The translations under genes and the position numbers were made by a program. Of a stretch of 58,276 nt of DNA, positions 51,821-58,276 are shown piece by piece. The notes under the pieces were generated by a model. It was given only the letters and a program-made list of their open reading frames with translations. It was not told where the DNA came from and did no database searches. Numbering within the stretch: the first letter of the stretch is position 1; each line of letters opens with the position of its first letter. Origin of the DNA: Bacteroidales bacterium (lineage in GTDB: Bacteria > Bacteroidota > Bacteroidia > Bacteroidales > UBA12077); contig JAKSCO010000207.1 in NCBI GenBank assembly GCA_022360575.1, positions 1 to 58,276 of the forward strand. The letters are read 5' to 3'.

Positions 51821-51949
51821 TTAATACGGATAAGAATCTAAATAAAAAATAATTGGCACTCTCAGATAAAGAATAAAAAAATTGAACCAATTTTATAAAT
51901 AATCAAATTTTAATAATTAAATTCGGAATCTAAACTTAAAATTTAACCT

Positions 51950-52270
51950 ATGCAATTAGGAATTTTAAGCAAATACAAAGCAAGCGAAGTTAAAAACATT
52001 GCAAACAATACTATTTTCGAACTAGAAATTAAATCTAAATTAAACTTATCGGGAATTATTACAACTAAAAGTGCAACTAAATATCTCATTGACTTATATC
52101 GTAGAGGTCAAAATCTGGCACAAAAAGCAATTATTCGGATTATTAACAACAAACAATTTTTGTATTTATACGAAAATCCTACCCAATGTATAACAACAGT
52201 TAATATTCTAAAAAAAACGCAGATAATTAGAGACGAAAATCGAAACGACGAATCGAATCAGGAAGAATAA
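51950..52270 (+). pseudogene. Internally deleted DUF6261-like remnant (still open, 106 aa)
   Basis: Colinear blocks match 10589..11323: ILSK...E.KNIA.N.IFELE, KSA.K.LIDLYR..QN.LAQK, I.IIN.K...YL and TQ.I.TVN. Confidence 0.8.
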
Positions 52271-52337
52271 AATTAATTATGAATCTCTTTAAATTAGAGA
52301 TATTGGTTTATTTATTAACAATTTAAAACAATTAATT

Positions 52338-52553
52338 ATGACAAAGTTAAAATTTCTTGAGAAAAGAGGAAATCGATTGGATTTTGTTGGAACAAAGGTT
52401 GTTCCTTTTCTAAACAACAATCAGTTACAGAAAACTAAAGGAGGAGCTATTAATCCAGGTGAAGGTGATACTGGAGCTGTTTGCAATCCTTGGAGCGATT
52501 GCGATGCTTGGCATTGTGGTCCTGATTGTATTTGCAAAAGCAATCTAGCTTAA
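52338..52553 (+). CDS. RiPP precursor peptide 1 (double-glycine leader, Cys/Trp-rich core)
   Basis: 36-aa leader ending LNNNQLQKTKGG; core AINPGEGDTGAVCNPWSDCDAWHCGPDCICKSNLA (5 Cys). Lies upstream of the rSAM/SPASM gene. Confidence 0.85.
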   Translation: MTKLKFLEKRGNRLDFVGTKVVPFLNNNQLQKTKGGAINPGEGDTGAVCNPWSDCDAWHCGPDCICKSNLA

Positions 52554-52568
52554 ATCTCAAATAATTTT

Positions 52569-52603
52569 AGAGACAATTCATTATAAGAGTTGTCTCTTTT
52601 TTT
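52569..52603 (+). terminator. Hairpin/terminator after precursor 1
   Basis: Stem AGAGACAATTC/GAGTTGTCTCT followed by a T-run. Confidence 0.7.
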
Positions 52604-52609
52604 ACTCAA

Positions 52610-52791
52610 TAAATGGTTTAAATACGGCTACCTGTCTACAACAGAAAATAAAAAACGATTATACAATTCAAAGTACAAGCAACTCTATCGAATTAAGTAA
52701 GGATTAATACGATTCGTTACAAAAAATTAAAGAAAATCCCGACGAAAACAAACACATTATCTCCGACGAACTTATTAATGCCGGTATTATA
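52610..52791 (+). pseudogene. Decayed 5' fragment of the radical SAM gene
   Basis: Homologous to 53375-53558, for example identical AAAGAAAATCCCGACGAAAACAAACACATTATCTCCGACGAACTTATTAATGCCGG. It carries indels, a CAA>TAA stop and has lost the start codon. Confidence 0.85.
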
Positions 52792-52850
52792 ATTGTAAAT
52801 AATCAAATTTTAATAATTAAATTCGGAACCTGAACTTAAAATTTAAACCT

Positions 52851-53040
52851 ATGCAATTAGGAATTTTAAGTAAATACGAAACAGACGAAGTTAAAATATT
52901 GCAAACAATACTATTTTCAGATTATTAACAACAAACAATTTTTGTGTTTATACGAAAATCCAGCCCAATGTTAATATTCTAAAAAAACGCAGATAATTAG
53001 AGACGAAAATCGAAACGATGAATCGAATCAGGAAGAATAA
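52851..53040 (+). pseudogene. Second, frameshifted DUF6261-like remnant
   Basis: Copy of 51950-52270 with a 1-nt loss and further deletions; the frame stops after 25 codons. Confidence 0.8.
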
Positions 53041-53107
53041 AATTAATTATGAATCTCTGTAAATTAGAGATATTAGTTTATTTATTAATAATTAAAAATG
53101 ATCAATT

Positions 53108-53317
53108 ATGACAAAATTAAGATTTCTTGAGAAACGAGGTAATCGATTGGATTTTGTTGGAACAAAGGTTGTTCCTTTTCTAAACAAAAATCAATTACAA
53201 AAAATTAAAGGAGGTATAATCGATGAGGACCAATCTAGTTGCAAATCTAAATGCTATTCTTGGTATTGTGTTTCTGATTGTGTTATCTTCAATAGTCCTA
53301 CCTTAAATATCAAATAA
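53108..53317 (+). CDS. RiPP precursor peptide 2 (double-glycine leader, Cys/Trp-rich core)
   Basis: Leader 33/36 identical to precursor 1; core IIDEDQSSCKSKCYSWYCVSDCVIFNSPTLNIK (4 Cys). Confidence 0.85.
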   Translation: MTKLRFLEKRGNRLDFVGTKVVPFLNKNQLQKIKGGIIDEDQSSCKSKCYSWYCVSDCVIFNSPTLNIK

Positions 53318-53323
53318 TTTTAG

Positions 53324-53350
53324 AGACAACTCTTTTGAGTTGTCTTTTTT
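53324..53350 (+). terminator. Hairpin/leaky terminator between precursor 2 and the rSAM gene
   Basis: Perfect AGACAACTC-TTTT-GAGTTGTCT followed by TTTTT, ending 22 nt before ATG 53373. Confidence 0.75.
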
Positions 53351-53372
53351 CACTCAAACTTATTCTTTAAAT

Positions 53373-54659
53373 ATGAAATGGTCTAAATACAACTATCTGT
53401 TTACAACAAAAAAAAATAAAAAACTATTATACAATTCAATTACAAATAACTTTATCGAATTAAATAAGGATCAATACGATTCGTTACAAAAATTTAAAGA
53501 AAATCCCGACGAAAACAAACACATTATCTCCGACGAACTTATTAATGCCGGCATTATAGTCGAAAATGACAAAAATCTGTACTATTCGCTTAAATTAGAA
53601 AAACAATTAACCAAATTCGACACATCGTATCTTGCTTTAACAATTGTTCCTACGGCAGCATGTAATTTCGATTGTACATATTGTTACGAAACCAATAGAC
53701 CCGAAATTTATATGGACGATATTACAGAAAATAAAATTGTTGAGTTTGTAAAGAGTTATTCGGAAGCAAACCGGTTAAGGGTTACATGGTATGGAGGCGA
53801 GCCTTTGTTGGCATTTGATCGAATAGTTAGCCTTACCGAAAAATTAAAAGCTGTTAATACAAACTACGAAGCTTATATGATATCGAATGCTTACTTGTTA
53901 GATAAGAATGTAAGCGACAAACTTAAAAGTCTTTCGATAACAGGATTACAAATTACACTCGACGGTTTGCAAGAAACACACAATAAACGCCGTCCTCATT
54001 TACATCACTCCGATAGTTTTCAGACAATAACTAAAAATTTAGATTATTTATTCGAGACAAATAAAGATATAAAAGTTGCTTTAAGAGTAAATATCGATAA
54101 AACAAACGAAAACGAATATCATAAGTTATACGATTATTTAAAAACAAGATACAATACCGAAAACCTGAACATACACCCGGGATATGTAACAAACATTTAC
54201 TCTTCGTGTAGCTCAACAGGATGTGAATTTGACCGCGAACATAAGAATGAATTTGTTTTGAAACAATTTAAAGAACATAACATCCCTATGAGCTTGTATC
54301 CAAAAACCTCGATTGGGGGATGTACAGCCAGACATATAAATAGTTTTGTTATTGGAGCAAAAGGCGAGCTTTATAAATGTTGGAACGATTTAGGCTTAAA
54401 AGAAAAGGAAATAGGAAACCTACATATCAACGAACAATTTAACAACAAGCTTTTGGTTAGATATCTGGTTGCTGCCGATCAGTTAGACGATCAGAAATGC
54501 CAAAATTGTTTTTTCTTTCCGATATGCAATGGAGGATGTCCTTTTTCGCGAATAGCAAACGAATTTGAAGATGAAGATATTGATTGTTGTCATGTTGCTA
54601 AAAATAACCTTAAACAATATCTAGAACTACATTACGAGAATATTATAGAAAATGAATAA
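53373..54659 (+). CDS. Radical SAM/SPASM peptide maturase
   Basis: CNFDCTYC (CX3CX2C), WYGGEP, ITLDG and SPASM C-x13-G-x4-C...C-x2-C-x5-C-x3-C-x15-C. The first ~80 aa are RRE-like. ATG 53373 is preferred over TTG 53340, which lies inside the hairpin. Confidence 0.93.
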   Translation: MKWSKYNYLFTTKKNKKLLYNSITNNFIELNKDQYDSLQKFKENPDENKHIISDELINAGIIVENDKNLYYSLKLEKQLTKFDTSYLALTIVPTAACNFDCTYCYETNRPEIYMDDITENKIVEFVKSYSEANRLRVTWYGGEPLLAFDRIVSLTEKLKAVNTNYEAYMISNAYLLDKNVSDKLKSLSITGLQITLDGLQETHNKRRPHLHHSDSFQTITKNLDYLFETNKDIKVALRVNIDKTNENEYHKLYDYLKTRYNTENLNIHPGYVTNIYSSCSSTGCEFDREHKNEFVLKQFKEHNIPMSLYPKTSIGGCTARHINSFVIGAKGELYKCWNDLGLKEKEIGNLHINEQFNNKLLVRYLVAADQLDDQKCQNCFFFPICNGGCPFSRIANEFEDEDIDCCHVAKNNLKQYLELHYENIIENE

Positions 54660-56163
54660 ACAGATATTTATAGGAATTGCAATCTTCCTGATTTCGTTAC
54701 AAGGATTTACTCAAAAAAATGAAAAAGCAAATGAGTTATTTCAATTAACGAAAAAACAAATGATCGAAGATTTCGAATATCTCAAAGATAATCTGAAAAA
54801 GATTTATCCATATTATTTTGCTTGGGAAATTATTTCGAAAGATAATATTACCGAACAAAGACACAAAATAGAACATCAACTGAGTAAAGTAGAAACAAAT
54901 ACCGAATTTTATTGGTTAATTTATAGCTATATAAATATTTACCCTGATAATCATTTAAAAATCCCTCATGCCAGAAGTTTAGGATATTACAAAAAAAATC
55001 AAAACCGATTTGATATTGCAATTAATCGATCTCTGATTGATAATCATAAGAAAATTTATGCGCAGCTTCACGATTCTATCTTTTTTAATGTTAAATTGGG
55101 TATGCGATTTAAATATATAAACGGACATTATTATAGCCTGCGAGAGTTTGAGCATAATCATTTTATTTATCCCAAAGGATCAGAGCTTATTAGTATTAAC
55201 TCAATTGATGTAAATGATTTTGTATATCAAAACAAAACAACTATACCTAAAATTTTATGGGACAATAAAAGCAGATTGTATTACTCAGACAATCTGCTTT
55301 TAACTCCTGCTATTGCACAAAAGGATAAGATAAAACTAAAATTTAAATTGCCTAATCAGACATTTAACCAAGATGTTTATAATATAAACGAAACCGTTAA
55401 GATTATAACTAAACAACCCCAAATATCTGACAGCCCCAATGTTTGTTTGTTAAACGATTCGATTCTATATATAAGAATGCCCTATATGTTTAACGAATCG
55501 TATTATAGCAACAAAATTGACAGTTTGTACAATTCGAACATAAAAAAAATAATTTGGGACATCCGAAATAATCGGGGAGGAATGGATAAAGCATGGAAAA
55601 AAGTATTATCAAAACTTATAAAAAAACCTATTGCATACGATATTAAAATAGGAGCTAATAACAATAAAACTATATTAGATCACGGAAAACGAAACGAATA
55701 TGTAGAATATAAAATATTTACCGACTCGATATTAAATTATGAGTTTGTTAATCTTGCCTCGACAAAAGAAATAATACAACCCGATTCGACCTTAAAAAAT
55801 ATTCGTTGTAAAATAATTTTGCTAGTTAACGAAAATTCTTTTTCGGCTGCCAATAGCTTACAAAATATAGGTAATAAATCAGAAGATATAATAAGTATTG
55901 GATACCGATCGGGATGGATTGGAGGACGAGGATTAACACCCTTGCTTATTCAACTCCCTAATTCGAAACTTTTTGTGCAAATTCCTTTTACTATCGATTG
56001 TTCTTATATTAGTAATATTAACGATTACTTACATAATACTCCTGAGGTTGAGGTAACTTATAATATCCGCGATTTTTTAAGATATTATTACGAACCATCT
56101 CCATACTCGGAACAATACCTAATAAACCAAGATTTATTACTAAAAAAAGCCATGAAACTCTGA
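54652..56163 (+). CDS. S41-family peptidase with signal peptide
   Basis: L(T)KKQMIEDFEYL N-terminal helix, YIRMP, IWDIRNNRGG, LVNENSFSAA (catalytic Ser), IG..SG and LPNS. Overlaps the rSAM gene by 8 bp. Confidence 0.8.
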   Translation: MNKQIFIGIAIFLISLQGFTQKNEKANELFQLTKKQMIEDFEYLKDNLKKIYPYYFAWEIISKDNITEQRHKIEHQLSKVETNTEFYWLIYSYINIYPDNHLKIPHARSLGYYKKNQNRFDIAINRSLIDNHKKIYAQLHDSIFFNVKLGMRFKYINGHYYSLREFEHNHFIYPKGSELISINSIDVNDFVYQNKTTIPKILWDNKSRLYYSDNLLLTPAIAQKDKIKLKFKLPNQTFNQDVYNINETVKIITKQPQISDSPNVCLLNDSILYIRMPYMFNESYYSNKIDSLYNSNIKKIIWDIRNNRGGMDKAWKKVLSKLIKKPIAYDIKIGANNNKTILDHGKRNEYVEYKIFTDSILNYEFVNLASTKEIIQPDSTLKNIRCKIILLVNENSFSAANSLQNIGNKSEDIISIGYRSGWIGGRGLTPLLIQLPNSKLFVQIPFTIDCSYISNINDYLHNTPEVEVTYNIRDFLRYYYEPSPYSEQYLINQDLLLKKAMKL

Positions 56164-56206
56164 TCGAAACATACAATAATTCTTTTCAGATAAGGAGAAT
56201 TTTTAT

Positions 56207-56240
56207 GCCCATCCGTTTTTTTTTCGAATGGGCTTTTTTT
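56207..56240 (+). terminator. Terminator of the RiPP operon
   Basis: Stem GCCCATCCG/CGAATGGGC (one mismatch) followed by seven T. Confidence 0.75.
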
Positions 56241-56255
56241 ATTCTCGACATAAAA

Positions 56256-56924
56256 TTAATCCCAGAAGTTTTTGCCAAATAATCGATAAGCAAAACCTAT
56301 TTCGAAGTACAAAAAACTTGTTTCTTCATCTATTTTATGGTTCCAATTTTCGGCCAAATCAATTTTATTAATTGATTTTCCTATATCGTAATTATTCCAC
56401 CCAATATCTGCTACAATTCCTAAACGATCGTTAAGATAATATTGTCCTTCGACAACAAATCCATAAGCCAAGTTTCGGTTCGAGTATGTATTGTCGAAAT
56501 TTTTATGACTTACCTTCGAATATATCTCATCTACAAAATAAATATCAGGATGCGACTCGGTCCAATAAAAACCAATTTCGGGAATAACCGATACAACCAG
56601 CATATTGCTGTTTATAAATGAAAATTTAGTACATACATTTATCGAGTAAACAAAATTCGAAACATCCAGTTCTCTTGTCTCAATAACTAGATTGTTATTT
56701 AAAATACAATCATCAGATGTATAGTCGGCACTACCAAATTTCCCATTAATCCCTACCGATAAGTATTTATTGAATTTATTCTCAACCGACACAGTCATTA
56801 ATGCCGATGTATCGATAGAAACCGAAGCAAATCCACATTTAGCAGAGACAATAAAACTTTGGGCTTTTACTGTATTTATAAAAACCAATCCCATTACTAT
56901 ATAAATAACGATTGTATTTCTCAT
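56256..56924 (-). CDS. Small outer-membrane beta-barrel-like protein
   Basis: Signal peptide (..NTVKA-Q), alternating amphipathic strands and C-terminal FEIGFAYRLF. Confidence 0.65.
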   Translation of the reverse strand: MRNTIVIYIVMGLVFINTVKAQSFIVSAKCGFASVSIDTSALMTVSVENKFNKYLSVGINGKFGSADYTSDDCILNNNLVIETRELDVSNFVYSINVCTKFSFINSNMLVVSVIPEIGFYWTESHPDIYFVDEIYSKVSHKNFDNTYSNRNLAYGFVVEGQYYLNDRLGIVADIGWNNYDIGKSINKIDLAENWNHKIDEETSFLYFEIGFAYRLFGKNFWD

Positions 56925-57091
56925 AATCTATTTTGTTTATATTTTTTTAAAGTTTGATTGTAGATATTTTTACATTTTGTAATATATATAAATACAAACC
57001 GAGAATTGTTGAAACGTAAATATAAACCGAAAAACAACGCACAAACAAAACATGTCGTTATATTTTTTTAAAAGCACTAAACGTAAAATTG

Positions 57092-57385
57092 CTTTTGTAC
57101 ATTTAAACAAAGCATTACATGAGTGAAATGGGCTTTGTACATTTGAACAAATGGCATTACATGGATGAAACGGGCTTTGTACATTTAAACAAACGGCATT
57201 ACACGGATGAAACGGGCTTTGTACATTTAAACAAACGGCATTACATGGATGAAATGGGCTTTGTATATTTGAACAAACAACATTACATGGATGAAACGAG
57301 CTTTGTACATTTAAACAAACGTCATTACACGGATGAAATGAGCTTTGTACATTTGAACAAACGTCATTACACCAATAAAACGTGT
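57092..57385. repeat. Tandem array of seven 42-bp units
   Basis: TTTGTA starts at 57094, 57134, 57176, 57218, 57260, 57302 and 57344. Consensus CTTTGTACATTTRAACAAACGGCATTACAYGGATGAAAYGRG. Confidence 0.95.
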
Positions 57386-57585
57386 TTTTTAAATTGATAC
57401 AAGCCCTTATATTTTATTGCTATTATAATTTTATAATATGCAAAATCGCATTTCTGATTGATTTTGTCTCTTTTTACATTAAAAATTAAGTTTTTATTCT
57501 TTTTTGAAGAAAAAATAACTAGCTTTAAAACAATTGCAAATCGAAAATTTTATTTAACCAAGATATAAACCTAAATTTTAAAAAA

Positions 57586-58276
57586 ATGATTCAAAAATTT
57601 AAAAGTTATGCTCGTGTAGCCGAGGTAAATTCAGTAGCTACAAGTTTAATTCATCTTTACAACGAAAAAACATGGGAAAATGAAATCCACCTTAAAAGTG
57701 TTTTTACCGGATTAACAGCCGAATCGGCCGATCTTACTCAGGCAATTAACCGAAGTAAATCAGAGTCGGTATTGAGCGAGCTCGACTCGGAGTGCGACAA
57801 ATGTGTCGATTCGTTATATTATCTGGGATTGGGAGCATCGCACCACCCCGATGTGGCAATACGCACCTCGGCCGAGCAACTAAACGATGTTTTCGGTAAA
57901 TATGGGCTAAAGATTACCCGCGAGAGTTACGAAGTTGAAAACTCGCTAATTTTAGCCTTATTAAAAGATTTAGAAAAAACCGAACTGAAAGAACATATTG
58001 CAGCCATTCCGGGTTATGCCGAAGCAATTGCCTTACTAGACAAAGCTCAGCAAAAATTTAAAACTGCTTATGTCGATTGGGAGCAAGAAAAAAACAAAGA
58101 AGAAAAGATACGTTCGGCATCCGAGATTAAGAAAAGCATAATAGAAACTATTAACGACAAAATAGTGCCATATCTTAATGCTATGAGCCAAATAGCTCCT
58201 GCAGCATATGCCGACTTTGCAAATGATGTTGCCCGAATAATAGAAACCCGAAACGATTTAATTAAAAGCAGAAACA
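57586..58276 (+). CDS. DUF6261-like helical protein (3' truncated, absent from the ORF track)
   Basis: Manual translation is open for 230 codons to the window end: MIQKFKSYARVAEV...FGKYGLKITRESY...IIETINDKIVPYLNAM...IIETRN. Homologous to 10589..11323. Confidence 0.85.
   Translation, partial: MIQKFKSYARVAEVNSVATSLIHLYNEKTWENEIHLKSVFTGLTAESADLTQAINRSKSESVLSELDSECDKCVDSLYYLGLGASHHPDVAIRTSAEQLNDVFGKYGLKITRESYEVENSLILALLKDLEKTELKEHIAAIPGYAEAIALLDKAQQKFKTAYVDWEQEKNKEEKIRSASEIKKSIIETINDKIVPYLNAMSQIAPAAYADFANDVARIIETRNDLIKSRN

Larger units (their letters stand above)
51896..53558 (+). repeat. Tandem duplication (copy 1 ~51896-52791, copy 2 ~52796-53558)
   Basis: Both copies begin TAAATAATCAAATTTTAATAATTAAATTCGGAA and end GAACTTATTAATGCCGGYATTATA. 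Each contains a DUF6261 remnant, a precursor gene, a hairpin and the 5' end of the rSAM gene. Confidence 0.9.

Noticed and set aside
52500-53281. Diversity-generating retroelement TR/VR pair (all five core-motif differences are at T in precursor 2)
   Set aside because: No reverse transcriptase in the window, the variable base would be adenine only on the non-coding strand, and flanking indels and AT bias explain the pattern more simply.
52338-53317. Lanthipeptide or unmodified bacteriocin call for the Cys-rich peptides
   Set aside because: No LanB/C/M genes are present, and the adjacent enzyme is a rSAM/SPASM protein.
51896-53558. IS or transposon origin for the duplication
   Set aside because: No transposase, terminal inverted repeats or target-site duplication seen.
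852-55161. About 30 short (60-110 aa) ORFs nested in or antisense to long genes, for example 852-1091, 12485-12766, 13348-13680, 40698-40961 and 48721-49014
   Set aside because: They are shadow frames of well-supported genes with no independent motifs.
57092-57385. CRISPR array interpretation of the 42-bp repeats (also considered for 10277-10517 and 29529-29808)
   Set aside because: The units are contiguous or recur (ABC-ABC), with no unique spacers between identical repeats, and there are no cas genes in the window.
57119-57397. 92-aa ORF of 14-aa repeats (MDETGFVHLNKRHY)
   Set aside because: It is open only because the 42-bp unit is a multiple of 3. The first unit is 40 bp and out of frame, and the sister arrays have non-triplet periods. 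Treated as a by-product, though translation is not excluded.

Overview
AT-rich chromosomal segment from a Bacteroidota genome, probably Bacteroidales-like, judged from TAnnTTTG promoters, the T9SS operon and the long-form IspG. Most of it is housekeeping or envelope genes: zupT, a TonB-dependent receptor, a DUF5723 locus, radA, rfaE2, panD/panC, glmS, ispG, gldA, metK, gmd-fcl-cysC, PBP1A, topA, porP-gldKLMN, manC, mlaEF, an FKBP, an ECF sigma/anti-sigma pair and a double-length UvrA. Two accessory signals stand out. (1) A radical SAM/SPASM RiPP cluster at 51.9-56.2 kb. It has two double-glycine precursors sharing a C-x2-W-x-C-x2-D-C core, produced by a ~0.9 kb tandem duplication, followed by an S41 peptidase and with no C39 transporter. 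(2) A recurring architecture in which a non-CRISPR tandem array of dyad-symmetric units lies just upstream of a DUF6261-like helical protein gene. The periods are 40 bp at 10.3 kb, 21-22 bp at 29.5 kb and 42 bp at 57.1 kb. The gene is intact at 10589 and 57586 and probably decayed at ~29.4 kb. The 57586 gene is missing from the ORF track. A deleted remnant of the same family heads the RiPP operon. No tRNA, rRNA, CRISPR-cas or transposase genes were recognised. All family names are from motif recognition, not database searches.
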